Part shown: positions 1-13,892 of the stretch, piece by piece
How the letters are laid out: every line of letters begins with the position of its first letter
Position numbering within the stretch: position 1 is the stretch's first letter
NCBI GenBank assembly: GCA_964016885.1
Contig: OZ024740.1
Span: 106,330,001-106,394,000, forward strand
Source of the DNA: Eledone cirrhosa
Taxonomy: Eukaryota
Reading direction: 5' to 3'
DNA: 64,000 nucleotides
Translations under genes and position numbers: made by a program
Notes under the pieces: generated by a model
Databases searched by the model: none
What the model was told of the DNA's origin: nothing
Seen by the model: the letters and a program-made list of their open reading frames with translations, nothing else

Positions 1-3000
1 AGTTGTGTTACTTTACCTTGTCAGGTGTTAATTACATTTATGATGGTAGGTAGTTTAACATACCTGGAATAGTTGTGTTACTTTACCTCGTCAGGCGTTA
101 ATTACATTGATGATGGTAGGTAGTTTAACATACCTGGAACAGTTGTGTTACTTTACCTGTATCAGGTGTTAATTACATTGATGATGGTAGGTAGTTTAAC
201 ATACCTGGAACAGTTGTGTTACTTTACCTTGTCAGGTGTTAATTACATTTATGATGGTAGGTAGTTTAACATACCTGGAATAGTTGTGTTACTTTACCTC
301 GTCAGGCGTTAATTACATTGATGATGGTAGGTAGTTTAACATACCTGGAACAGTTGTGTTACTTTACCTGTATCAGGTGTTAATTACATTGATGATGGTA
401 GGTAGTTTAACATACCTGGAACAGTTGTGTTACTTTACCTCGCCAGGTGTTAATTACATTGATGATGGTAGGTAGTATAACATACCTGGAACAGTTGTGT
501 TACTTTACATGTATCAGGTGTTAATTACATTGATGATGGTAGGTAGTTTAACATACCTGGAACAGTTGTGTTACTTTACCTGTATCAGGTGTTAATTACA
601 TTGATGATGGTAGGTAGTTTAACATACCTGGAACAGTTGTGTTACTTTATATGTATCAGGTGTTAATTACATTGATGATGGTAGGTAGTATAACATACCT
701 GGAACAGTTGTGTTACTTTACCTTGTCAGGTGTTAATTACATTGATGATGGTAGGTAGTTTAACATACCTGGAACAGTTGTGTTACTTTACCTGTATCAG
801 GTGTTAATTACATTGATGATGGTAGGTAGTTTAACATACCTTGAACAGTTGTGTTACTTTACCTTGTCAGGTGTTAATTACATTGATGATGGTAGGTAGT
901 TTAACATACCTGGAACAGTTGTGTTACTTTACCTTGTCAGGTGTTAATTACATTGATGATGGTAGGTAGTTTAACATACCTGGAACAGTTGTGTTACTTT
1001 ACCTGTATCAGGTGTTAATTACATTGATGATGGTAGGTAGTTTAACATACCTTGAACAGTTGTGTTACTTTACCTTGTCAGGTGTTAATTACATTGATGA
1101 TGGTAGGTAGTTTAACATACCTGGAACAGTTGTGTTACTTTATCTTGTCAGGTGTTAATTACATTGATTATGGTAGGTAGTATAACATACCTGGAACAGT
1201 TGTGTTACTTTATCTTGTCAGGTGTTAATTACATTGATGATGGTAGGTAGTATAACATACCTGGAACAGTTGTGTTACTTTACCTTGTCAGGTGTTAATT
1301 ACATTGATGATGGTAGGTAGTTTAACATACCTTGAACAGTTGTGTTATTTTACCTTGTCAGGTGTTAATTACATTGATGATGGTAGGTAGTTTAACATAC
1401 CTGGAACAGTTGTGTTACTTTACCTTGTCAGGTTTTAATTACATTGATGATGGTAGGTAGTTTAACATAACTGGAACAGTTGTGTTACTTTACCTGTATC
1501 AGGTGTTAATTACATTGATGATGGTAGGTAGTTTAACATACCTTGAACAGTTGTGTTACTTTACCTTGTCAGGTGTTAATTACATTGATGATGGTAGGTA
1601 GTTTAACATACCTGGAACAGTTGTGTTACTTTATCTTGTCAGGTGTTAATTACATTGATGATGGTAGGTAGTATAACATACCTGGAACAGTTGTGTTACT
1701 TTACCTTGTCAGGTGTTAATTACATTGATGATGGTAGGTAGTATAACATACCTGGAACAGTTGTGTTACTTTACCTGTATCAGGTGTTAATTACATTGAT
1801 GATGGTAGGTAGTATAACATACCTGGAACAGTTGTGTTACTTTACCTTGTCAGGTGTTAATTACATTGATGATGGTAGGTAGTATAACATACCTGGAACA
1901 GTTGTGTTACTTTACCTTGTCAGGTGTTAATTACATTGATGATGGTAGGTAGTATAACATACCTGGAACAGTTGTGTTACTTTACCTGTATCAGGTGTTA
2001 ATTACATTGATGATGGTAGGTAGTTTAACATACCTGGAACAGTTGTGTTACTTTACCTGTATCAGGTGTTAATTACATTGATGATGGTAGGTAGTATAAC
2101 ATACCTGGAACAGTTGTGTTACTTTACCTCGCCAGGTGTTAATTACATTGATGATGGTAGGTAGTTTAACATACCTGGAACAGTTGTGTTACTTTACCTC
2201 GCCAGGTGTTAATTACATTGATGATGGTAGGTAGTTTAACATACCTGGAACAGTTGTGTTACTTTACCTTGTCAGGTGTTAATTGCATTGATGATGGTAG
2301 GTAGTATAACATACCTGGAATAGTTGTGTTACTTTACCTCGTCAGGCGTTAATTACATTGATGATGGTAGGTAGTTTAACATACCTGGAACAGTTGTGTT
2401 ACTTTACCTTGTCAGGTGTTAATTACATTTATGATGGTAGGTAGTTTAACATACCTGGAATAGTTGTGTTACTTTACCTCGTCAGGCGTTAATTACATTG
2501 ATGATGGTAGGTAGTTTAACATACCTGGAACAGTTGTGTTACTTTACCTGTATCAGGTGTTAATTACATTGATGATGGTAGGTAGTTTAACATACCTGGA
2601 ACAGTTGTGTTACTTTACCTTGTCAGGTGTTAATTACATTTATGATGGTAGGTAGTTTAACATACCTGGAATAGTTGTGTTACTTTACCTCGTCAGGCGT
2701 TAATTACATTGATGATGGTAGGTAGTTTAACATACCTGGAACAGTTGTGTTACTTTACCTGTATCAGGTGTTAATTACATTGATGATGGTAGGTAGTTTA
2801 ACATACCTGGAACAGTTGTGTTACTTTACCTCGCCAGGTGTTAATTACATTGATGATGGTAGGTAGTATAACATACCTGGAACAGTTGTGTTACTTTACA
2901 TGTATCAGGTGTTAATTACATTGATGATGGTAGGTAGTTTAACATACCTGGAACAGTTGTGTTACTTTACCTCGCCAGGTGTTAATTACATTGGTGATGG

Positions 3001-6000
3001 TAGGTAGTATAACATACCTGGAACAGTTGTGTTACTTTACCTCGCCAGGTGTTAATTACATTGTTGATGGTAGGTAGTATAACATACCTGGAACAGTTGT
3101 GTTACTTTACCTTGTCAGGTGTTAATTACATTGATGATGGTAGGTAGTATAACATACCTGGAACAGTTGTGTTACTTTACCTTGTCAGGTGTTAATTACA
3201 TTGATGATGGTAGGTAGTTTAACATACCTGTAACAGTTGTGTTACTTTACCTTGTCAGGTGTTAATTACATTGATGATGGTAGGTAGTTTAACATACCTG
3301 GAATAGTTGTGTTACTTTACCTTGTCAGGTGTTAATTACATTGATGATGGTAGGTAGTATAACATACCTGGAACAGTTGTGGTACTTTACCTTGTCAGGT
3401 GTTAATTACATTGATGATGGTAGGTAGTTTAACATACCTGGAATAGTTGTGTTACTTTACCTCGTCAGATGTTAATTACATTGATGATGGTAGGTAGTAT
3501 AACATACCTTGAACACTTGTGTTACTTTACCTCGTCAGGTGTTAATTACATTGATGATGGTAGGTAGTTTAACATACCTGGAACAGTTGTGTTACTTTAC
3601 CTGTATCAGGTGTTAATTACATTGATGATGGTAGGTAGTTTAACATACCTGGAATAGTTGTGTTACTTTACCTCGTCAGGTGTTAATTACATTGATGTTG
3701 GTAGGTAGTATAACATACCTGGAACAGTTGTGTTACTTTACCTCGTCAGGTGTTAGTTACTTTGATGATGGTAGGTAGTTTAACATACCTGGAACAGTTG
3801 TGTTACTTTACCTTGTCAGGTGTTAATTACATTGATGATGGTAGGTAGTATAACATACCTGGAACAGTTGTGTTACTTTACCTCGTCAGGTGTAAATTAC
3901 ATTGATGATGGTAGGTAGTATAACATACCTTGAACAGTTGTGTTACTTTACCTCGTCAGGTGTTAATTACATTGATGATGGTAGGTAGTTTAACATACCT
4001 TGAACACTTGTGTTACTTTACCTTGTCAGGTGTTAATTACATTGATGATGGTAGGTAGTTTAACATACCTGGAATAGTTGTGTTACTTTACCTTGTCAGG
4101 TGTTAATTACATTGATGATGGTAGGTAGTATAACATACCTTGAACAGTTGTGTTACTTTACCTTGTCAGGTGTTAATTACATTGATGATGGTAGGTAGTA
4201 TAACATACCTGGAATAGTTGTGTTACTTTACCTCGCCAGGTGTTAATTACATTGATGATGGTAGGTAGTTTAACATACCTGGAACAGTTGTGTTACTTTA
4301 TATGTATCAGGTGTTAATTACATTGATGATGGTAGGTAGTATAACATACCTGGAACAGTTGTGTTACTTTACCTTGTCAGGTGTTAATTACATTGATGAT
4401 GGTAGGTAGTTTAACATACCTGGAACAGTTGTGTTACTTTACCTTTTCAGGTGTTAATTACATTGATGATGGTAGGTAGTATAACATACCTGGAACAGTT
4501 GTGGTACTTTACCTTGTCAGGTGTTAATTACATTGATGATGGTAGGTAGTTTAACATACCTGGAATAGTTGTGTTACTTTACCTCGTCAGGTGTTAATTA
4601 CATTGATGATGGTAGGTAGTATAACATACCTTGAACACTTGTGTTACTTTACCTCGTCAGGTGTTAATTACATTGATGATGGTAGGTAGTTTAACATACC
4701 TGGAACAGTTGTGTTACTTTACCTGTATCAGGTGTTAATTACATTGATGATGGTAGGTAGTTTAACATACCTGGAATAGTTGTGTTACTTTACCTCGTCA
4801 GGTGTTAATTACATTGATGATGGTAGGTAGTATAACATACCTGGAATAGTTGTGTTACTTTACCTCGTCAGGTGTTAATTACATTGATGTTGGTAGGTAG
4901 TAAAACATACCTGGAAGAGTTGTGTTACTTTACCTGTATCAGGTGTTAATTACATTGATGATGGTAGGTAGTATAACATACCTGGAACAGTTGTGTTACT
5001 TTACCTGTATCAGGTGTTAATTACATTGATGTTGGTAGGTAGTATAACATACCTGGAACAGTTGTGTTACTTTACCTGTATCAGGTGTTAATTACATTGA
5101 TGTTGGTAGGTAGTATAACATACCTGGAACAGTTGTGTTACTTTATCTCGTCAGGTGTTAATTACATTGATGATGCTAGTTAGTATAACATACCTGGAAC
5201 AGTTGTGTTACTTTACCTCGTCAGGTGTTAATTACATTGATGATGGTAGGTAGTTTAACATACCTGGAACAGTTGTGTTACTTTACCTGTATCAGGTGTT
5301 AATTACATTGATGATGGTAGGTAGTATAACATACCTGGAACAGTTGTGTTACATTACCTGTATCAGGTGTTAATTACATTGATGATGGTAGGTAGTTTAA
5401 CATACCTGGAACAGTTGTGTTATTTTACCTCGCCAGGTGTTAATTACATTGATGCTGGTAGGTAGTTTAACATACCTTGAACAGTTGTGTTACTTTACCT
5501 TGTCAGGTGTTAATTACATTGAAGATGGTAGGTAGTATAACATACCTGGAACAGTTGTGTTACTTTACCTGTATCAGGTGTTAATTACATTGATGATGGT
5601 AGGTAGTTTACATACCTGAAACAGTTGTGTTACTTTACCTGTATCAGTTGTTAATTACATTGATGATGGTAGGTAGTTTAACATACCTGGAACAGTTGTG
5701 TTACTTTACCTGTATCAGGTGTTAATTACATTGATGTTGGTAGGTAGTATAACATACCTGGAACACTTGTGTTACTTTACCTCGTCAGGTGTTAATTACA
5801 TTGATGATGGTAGGTAGTTTAACATACCTGGAACAGTTGTGTTACTTTAACTGTATCAGGTGTTAATTACATTGATGATGGTAGGTAGTTTAACATACCT
5901 GGAACAGTTGTGTTACTTTACCTTGTCAGGTGTTAATTACATTGATGATGGTAGGTAGTTTAACATACCTTGAACAGTTGTGTTACTTTACCTGTATCAG

Positions 6001-9000
6001 GTGTTAATTACATTGATGTTGGTAGGTAGTTTAACATACGTGGAACACTTGTGTTACTTTACCTGTATCAGGTGTTAATTACATTGATGATGGTAGGTAG
6101 TATAACATACCTGGAACAGTTGTGTTACTTTACCTGTAAAAGGTGTTAATTACATTGATGATGGTAGGTAGTTTAAGATACCTGGAACAGTTGTGTTACT
6201 TTACCTGTATCAGGTGTTAATTACATTGATGATGGTAGGTAGTTTAACATACCTGGAACAGTTGTGTTAATTTACCTGTATCAGGTGTTAATTACATTGA
6301 TGATGGTAGGTAGTTTAACATACCTGGAACAGTTGTGTTACTTTACCTCGCCAGGTGTTAATTACATTGATGATGGTAGTATAACATACCTGGAACAGTT
6401 GTGTTACTTTACCTCGCCAGGTGTTAATTACATTGATGATGGTAGGTAGTATAACATACGTGGAACAGTTGTGTTACTTTACCTTGTCAGGTGTTAATTA
6501 CATTGATGATGGTAGGTAGAATAACATACCTGGAACAGTTGTGTTACTTTACCTGTATCAGGTGTTAATTACATTGATGATGGTAGGTAGAATAACATAC
6601 CTGGAACAGTTGTGTTACTTTACCTTGTCAGGTGTTAATTACATTGATGATGGTAGGTAGTTTAACATACCTGGAACAGTTGTGTTACTTTACCTCGTCA
6701 GGTGTTAATTACATTGATGATGGTAGGTAGTTTAACATACCTGGAACAGTTGTGTTACTTTATATGTATCAGATGTTAATTACATTGATGATGGTAGGTA
6801 GTATAACATACCTGGAACAGTTGTGTTACTTTACCTTATCAGGTGTTAATTACATTGATGATGGTAGGGAGTTTAACATACCTGGAACAGTTGTGTTACT
6901 TTACCTTGTCAGGTGTTAATTATATTGATGAAGGTAGGTAGTATAACATACCTGGAACAGTTGTGTTACTTTACCTTGTCAGGTGTTAATTACATTGATG
7001 ATGGTAGGTAGTTTAACATACCTTGAACAGTTGTGTTACTTTACCTGTATCAGGTGTTAATTACATTGATGATGGTAGGTAGTTTAACATACCTTGAACA
7101 GTTGTGTTACTTTACCTGTATCAGGTGTTAATTACATTGATGATGGTAGGTAGTATAACATACCTGGAACAGTTGTGTTACTTTACCTCGTCAGGTGTTA
7201 ATTACATTGATGATGGTAGGTAGTTTAAGATACCTGGAACAGTTGTGTTACTTTACCTGTAAAAGGTGTTAATTACATTGATGATGGTAGGTAGTATAAC
7301 ATACCTGGAACAGTTGTGTTACTTTACCTTGTCAGGTGTTAATTACATTGATGATGATAGGTAGTTTAACATACCTTGAACAGTTGTGTTACTTTACCTT
7401 GTCAGGTGTTAATTACATTGATGATGGTAGGTAGTTTAACATACCTTGAACAGTTGTGTTACTTTACCTCGTCAGGTGTTAATTACATTGATAATGGTAG
7501 GTAGTATAACATACCTGGAACAGTTGTGTTACTTAACCTATATCAGGTGTTAATTACATTGATGTTGGTAGGTAGTTTAACATATCCAGGTATGTTAAAC
7601 AGTTCTGTTACTTTACCTATATCAGGTGTTAATTACATTGATGATGGTAGGTAGTTTAACATATCCAGGTATGTTAAACAGTTGTGTTACTTTACCTGTA
7701 TCAGGTGTTACTTACATTGATGATGATAGGTAGTTTAACATACCTGGAACAGTTGTGTTACTTTACCTTTAACAGGTGTTAATTACATTCATGTTGGTTG
7801 GTAGTATAACATACCTGGAACAGTTGTGTTACTTTACCTATATCAGGTGTTAATTACATTGATGTTGGTAGGTAGTTTAACATATCCAGGTATGTTAAAC
7901 AGTTGTGTTACTTTACCTATATCAGGTGTTAATTACATTGATGATGGTAGGTAGTTTAACATATCCAGGTATGTTAAAAAGTTGTGTTACTTTACCTGTA
8001 TCAGGTGTTAATTACATTGACGATGATAGGTAGTTTAACATACCTGGAACAGTTGTGTTACTTTACCTTTAACAGGTGTTAATTACATTGATGTTGGTAG
8101 GTAGTATAACATACCTGGAACAGTTGTGTTACTTTACCTATATCAGGTGTTAATTACATTGATGTTGGTAGGTAGTTTAACATATCCAGGTATGTTAAAC
8201 AGTTGTGTTACTTTACTTGTATCAGGTGTTAATTACATTGATGATGGTAGGTAGTTTAAGATACCTGGAACAGTTGTGTTACTTTACCCATATCAGGTGT
8301 TAATTACATTGATGATGGTAGGTAGTATAACATACCTGGAACAGTTGTGTTACTTTACCTCGCCAGGTGTTAATTACATTGATGATGGTAGGTAGTTTAA
8401 CATACCTGGAACAGTTGTGTTACTTTACCTCGTCAGGTGTTAATTACATTGATGATGGTAGGTAGTATAACATACCTGGAACAGATGTGTTACTTTACCT
8501 GTATCAGGTGTTAATTACATTGATGATGGTAGGTAGTATAACATACCTGGAACAGTTGTGTTACTTTACCTTGTCAGGTGTTAATTACATTGATGATGGT
8601 AGGTAGTTTAACATACCTGGAACAGTTGTGTTACTTTACCTCGCCAGGTGTTAATTACATTGATGATGATAGGTAGTATAACATACCTGGAACAGTTGTG
8701 TTACTTTACCTGTATCAGGTGTTAATTACATTGATGATGGTAGGTAGTTTAACATACCTGGAACAGTTGTGTTACTTTACCTGTATCAGGTGTTAATTAC
8801 ATTGATGATGGTAGGTAGTTTAACATACCTTGAACAGTTGTGTTACTTTACCTGTATCAGGTGTTAATTACATTGATGATGGTAGGTAGTTTAACATACC
8901 TTGAACAGTTGTGTTACTTTACCTTGTCAGGTGTTAATTACATTGATGATGGTAGGTAGTTTAACATACCTGGAACAGTTGTGTTACTTTACCTTGTCAG

Positions 9001-12000
9001 GTGTTAATTACATTGATGATGGTAGGTAGTTTAACATACCTGGAACAGTTGTGTTACTTTACCTGTATCAGGTGTTAATTACATTGATGATGGTAGGTAG
9101 TTTAACATACCTGGAACAGTTGTGTTACTTTACCTGTATCAGGTGTTAATTACATTGATGATGGTAGGTAGTTTAACATACCTTGAACAGTTGTGTTACT
9201 TTACCTTGTCAGGTGTTAATTACATTGATGATGGTAGGTAGTTTAACATACCTGGAACAGTTGTGTTACTTTACCTGTATCAGGTGTTAATTACATTGAT
9301 GATGGTAGGTAGTTTAACATACCTGGAACAGTTGTGTTACTTTACCTGTATCAGGTGTTAATTACATTGATGATGGTAGGTAGTTTAACATACCTTGAAC
9401 AGTTGTGTTACTTTACCTTGTCAGGTGTTAATTACATTGATGATAGTAGGTAGTTTAACATACCTGGAACAGTTGTGTTACTTTACCTTGTCAGGTGTTA
9501 ATTACATTGATGATGGTAGGTAGTTTAACATACCTGGAACAGTTGTATTACTTTACCTGTATCAGGTGTTAATTACATTGATGATGGTAGGTAGTTTAAC
9601 ATACCTGGAACAGTTGTGTTACTTTACCTGTATCAGGTGTTAATTACATTGATGATGGTAGGTAGTTTAACATACCTTGAACAGTTGTGTTACTTTACCT
9701 TGTCAGGTGTTAATTACATTGATGATGGTAGGTAGTTTAACATACCTGGAACAGTTGTGTTACTTTACCTTGTCAGGTGTTAATTACATTGATGATGGTA
9801 GGTAGTTTAACATACCTGGAACAGTTGTGTTACTTTACCTCGCCAGGTGTTAATTACATTGATGATGGTAGGTAGTTTAACATACCTTGAACAGTTGTGT
9901 TACTTTACCTTGTCAGGTGTTAATTACATTGATGATGGTAGGTAGTTTAACATACCTTGAACAGTTGTGTTACTTTACCTTGTCAGGTGTTAATTACATT
10001 GATGATGGTAGGTAGTTTAACATACCTGGAACAGTTGTGTTACTTTACCTTGTCAGGTGTTAATTACATTGATGATGGTAGGTAGTTTAACATACCTGGA
10101 ACAGTTGTGTTACTTTACCTGTATCAGGTGTTAATTACATTGATGATGGTAGGTAGTATAACATACCTGGAACAGTTGTGTTACTTTACTTCGTCAGGTG
10201 TTAATTACATTGATGATGGTAGGTAGTTTAATATACCTTGAACAGTTGTGTTACTTTACCTTATCAGGTGTTAATTACATTGATGATGGTAGGTAGTTTA
10301 ACATACCTGGAACAGTTGTGTTACTTTATCTTGTCAGGTGTTAATTACATTGATGATGGTAGGTAGTATAACATACCTGGAACAGTTGTGTTACTTTACC
10401 TTGTCAGGTGTTAATTACATTGATGATGGTAGGTAGTTTAACATACCTGGAACAGTTGTGTTACTTTACCTGTATCAGGTGTTAATTACATTGATGATGG
10501 TAGGTTGTTTAAGATACCTGGAACAGTTGTGTTACTTTACCTGTAAAAGGTGTTAATTACATTGATGATGGTAGGTAGTATAACATACCTGGAACAGTTG
10601 TGTTACTTTACCTGTATCAGGTGTTAATTACATTGATGATGGTAGGTAGTATAACATACCTGGAACAGTTGTTTTACTTTACCTGTATCAGGTGTTAATT
10701 ACATTGATGATGGTAGGTAGTATAACATACCTGGAACAGTTGTGTTACTTTACCTGTATCAGGTGTTAATTACATTGATGATGGTAGGTAGTATAACATA
10801 CCTGGAACAGTTGTGTTACTTTACCTGTATCAGGTGTTAATTACATTGATGATGGTAGGTAGTTTAAGATACCTGGAACAGTTGTGTTACTTTACCTTGT
10901 CAGGTGTTAATTACATTGATGATGGTAGGTAGTTTAACATACCTGGAACAGTTGTGTTACTTTACCTCGTCAGGTGTTAATTACATTGATGATGGTAGGT
11001 AGTATAACATACCTGGAACAGTTGTGTTACTTTACCTGTATCAGATGTTAATTACATTGATGATGGTAGGTAGTTTAACATACCTTGAACAGTTGTGTTA
11101 CTTTACCTGTATCAGGTGTTAATTACATTGATGATGGTAGGTAGTATAACATACCTGGAACAGTTGCGTTACTTTACCTGTATCAGGTGTTAATTACATT
11201 GATGATGGTAGGTAGTATAACTCACCTGGAACAGTTGTGTTACTTTACCTGTATCAGGTGTTAATTACATTGATGATGGTAGGTAGTATAACATACCTGG
11301 AACAGTTGTGTTACTTTACCTGTATCAGGTGTTAATTACATTGATGATGGTAGGTAGTATAACATACCTGGAACAGTTGTGTTACTTTACCTGTATCAGG
11401 TGTTAATTACATTGATGATGGTAGGTAGTATAACATACCTGGAACAGTTGTGTTACTTTACCTGTATCAGGTGTTAATTACATTGATGATGGTAGGTAGT
11501 ATAACATACCTGGAACAGTTGTGTTACTTTACCTGTATCAGGTGTTAATTACATTGATGATGGTAGGTAGTATAACATACCTGGAACAGTTGTGTTACTT
11601 TACCTGTATCAGGTGTTAATTACATTGATGATGGTAGGTAGTATAACATACCTGGAACAGTTGTGTTACTTTACCTGTATCAGATGTTAATTACATTGAT
11701 GATGGTAGGTAGTTTAACATACCTTGAACAGTTGTGTTACTTTACCTGTATCAGGTGTTAATTACATTGATGATGGTAGGTAGTATAACATACCTGGAAC
11801 AGTTGCGTTACTTTACCTGTATCAGGTGTTAATTACATTGATGATGGTAGGTAGTATAACATACCTGGAACAGTTGTGTTACTTTACCTGTATCAGGTGT
11901 TAATTACATTGATGATGGTAGGTAGTATAACATACCTGGAACAGTTGTGTTACTTTACCTGTATCAGGTGTTAATTACATTGATGATGGTAGGTAGTATA

Positions 12001-12449
12001 ACATACCTGGAACAGTTGTGTTACTTTACCTGTATCAGGTGTTAATTACATTGATGATGGTAGGTAGTATAACATACCTGGAACAGTTGTGTTACTTTAC
12101 CTGTATCAGGTGTTAATTACATTGATGATGGTAGGTAGTATAACATACCTGGAACAGTTGTGTTACTTTACCTGTATCAGGTGTTAATTACATTGATGAT
12201 GGTAGGTAGTATAACATACCTGGAACAGTTGTGTTACTTTACCTGTATCAGGTGTTAATTACATTGATGATGGTAGGTAGTATAACATACCTGGAACAGT
12301 TGTGTTACTTTACCTGTATCAGGTGTTAATTACATTGATGATGGTAGGTAGTATAACATACCTGGAACAGTTGTGTTACTTTACCTGTATCAGGTGTTAA
12401 TTACATTGATGATGGTAGGTAGTATAACATACCTGGAACAGTTGTGTTA
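1..12449. repeat. Satellite A: 70/71-bp tandem array, ~177 monomers, running off the left edge
   Basis: Monomer agttgtgttactttacc(ttg|tcg|tgta)tcaggtgttaattacattgatgatggtaggtagt(t|a)taacatacctggaac recurs at 1, 71, 141 and onward. The tgta variant is 71 bp. The array ends abruptly at ...gttgtgtta 12449. Confidence 0.98.
7575..8200. repeat. 300-bp higher-order repeat (79+79+71+71) in satellite A, containing fold-back 79-bp monomers
   Basis: gtttaacatatccaggtatgttaaa(c) occurs at 7575, 7654, 7875, 7954 and 8175, with the same context at 300-bp offsets. Confidence 0.9.
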
Positions 12450-12856
12450 ATCAATTCAGAAATTTAGGGTTGCTAATGTTTTAAAAGTAATCTTCTGTTG
12501 ATTTCTACTGTTGTCTTTATTAGTGTTCTTGTTTCCATTCATGCTGTTGTTTCCATTGATGCTGTTGCTATAGTTGAAGTGATGTCCTAACAACCTTCCT
12601 GGATTTTCTTTCCTTCATCTTCCTTTTTTCCCTCACCTTTCATCCTTCCTTACTTCATTTTCTTCCTTCGATCTTCTACTTCCATCTCCTACTTTCTTGC
12701 AGGGTGTCTTCCCAATATCTAGGACAGAAGAACTCACTGCATACATTCATAAGCCACACAAAAATAAGCATACCATATTGTTCATAACACACTACATAAC
12801 TACAAATATATCATTTGCTTTATAAATGTGCACATCATGTTTAAAATCATATTTAC

Positions 12857-13036
12857 AACATAATTGTTTCTACTATTGGCACAAGGCCAGCAATTACTCA
12901 GTACATTACTGGTACTTTATATTATCGACCCCGTAAGGATAAAAGGTAGGATTTGAACTCAGAATTGCAAGGGCCGTAACTCTATGCGTCAAAGCATGGC
13001 GTCCGACCCTCTCCCGATACTTCCAATTCACCGCCC
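12857..13036 (-). mobile_element. tRNA-derived SINE, near full length with an internal deletion
   Basis: The minus strand starts gggcggtgaattggaag, has B-box gagttcaaatcc, core atccttacggggtcgataa..aaagtaccag and tail gctggccttgtgccaatagtagaaacaattat. It is homologous to the two neighbouring copies. Confidence 0.8.
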
Positions 13037-13107
13037 TAACATAATTGTTTCTACTTTTGGCATAAGGCCAGCAATTATCCAGTACTGGTATTTTATATTA
13101 TCGACCC
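13037..13107 (-). mobile_element. 5'-truncated copy of the same SINE, directly abutting the first
   Basis: taacataattgtttctacttttggcataaggccagcaatta...ttatattatcgaccc repeats 12857-12931 with a small deletion. Confidence 0.8.
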
Positions 13108-13360
13108 TAACATAATGATGTTCAATCATATAAGAGCGTTCGATTATTTACAACTTACAAAATGGTGGGATATAGTCAAATAAAGATTGTATGTAAAAAA
13201 AATTACATGTAGGATTATCATTCTCACAACAATAGTGATCTTCTCAATGAGCGTGCCGTATCAGTTAAAACAATTTTTGGCACTTTCTGCAATGATGATA
13301 AACCAGGCATCATTCTCAAATAATTTTCTGTTCCTCTTTTTATCATTTATATTGCTCCTA

Positions 13361-13527
13361 TAATAACTGTTTCTACTTTTGGCACAAGGCCAGCAATTCA
13401 CCAGTGTATTACTGGTACTTTATTTTATCGACCCCGTAAGGATGAAAGGCAAAGTTAATCTCGGCGGGATTTGAACTCAGATCATAAAGGGGCGTAACTC
13501 TATGCGTCAAAGCATGGCGTCCGACTC
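13361..13527 (-). mobile_element. Third copy of the same SINE family
   Basis: tgtttctacttttggcacaaggccagcaatt...ttatcgaccccgtaaggatgaaaggcaaagttaatctcggcgggatttgaactcag...tatgcgtcaaagcatggcgtccgac aligns with 12865-13007 and retains the segment deleted there. Confidence 0.85.
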
Positions 13528-13892
13528 TGTTAGTGTAACCACCTTGAGATGCAACATGTTTTCAATTTCAATGAACAAATCTTTATATTTTCTGAGCTTG
13601 TCTAAATCGTTTGCCGCAATATTGTGATCACATGGGATCCTCATATCAAACAATAAACAAACTTTGTTTTTTTTTTAACTTTTACAATAATATCTTGACT
13701 ATTAGCCTTTATGGTTCTGTATGTATGTACAGGAAACTCCCAAAGAATCGTTACATGTTCTCCCTCATTTACAGCTTCGGGGTAATGTTTATAATGCCGA
13801 CATATTAACCTGTGTAGATATTGACCAATTCTGCCATGCCTTCATACATACTCTACTAGTGCTAAAACTTTACATCCAGAAATTAAGCGTTA

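Noticed and set aside
100-150. Hammerhead-like look of satellite A (ttgatga..aggta/tacct..ggaac..gtt)
   Set aside because: It lacks the conserved C of CUGA and the GAAA box, has extra bases before stem II, and has no stem I pairing.
6264-6449. 61-aa ORF with a YIDD RT-like motif
   Set aside because: It is translated satellite, opened by a 4-bp deletion in one monomer. No other RT motifs are present.
12455-12740. Pyrimidine-rich tract with a short Asn-rich minus-strand frame and a ttcttgcag acceptor-like site
   Set aside because: Low complexity, a short frame with no recognisable domain and no supporting exon structure.
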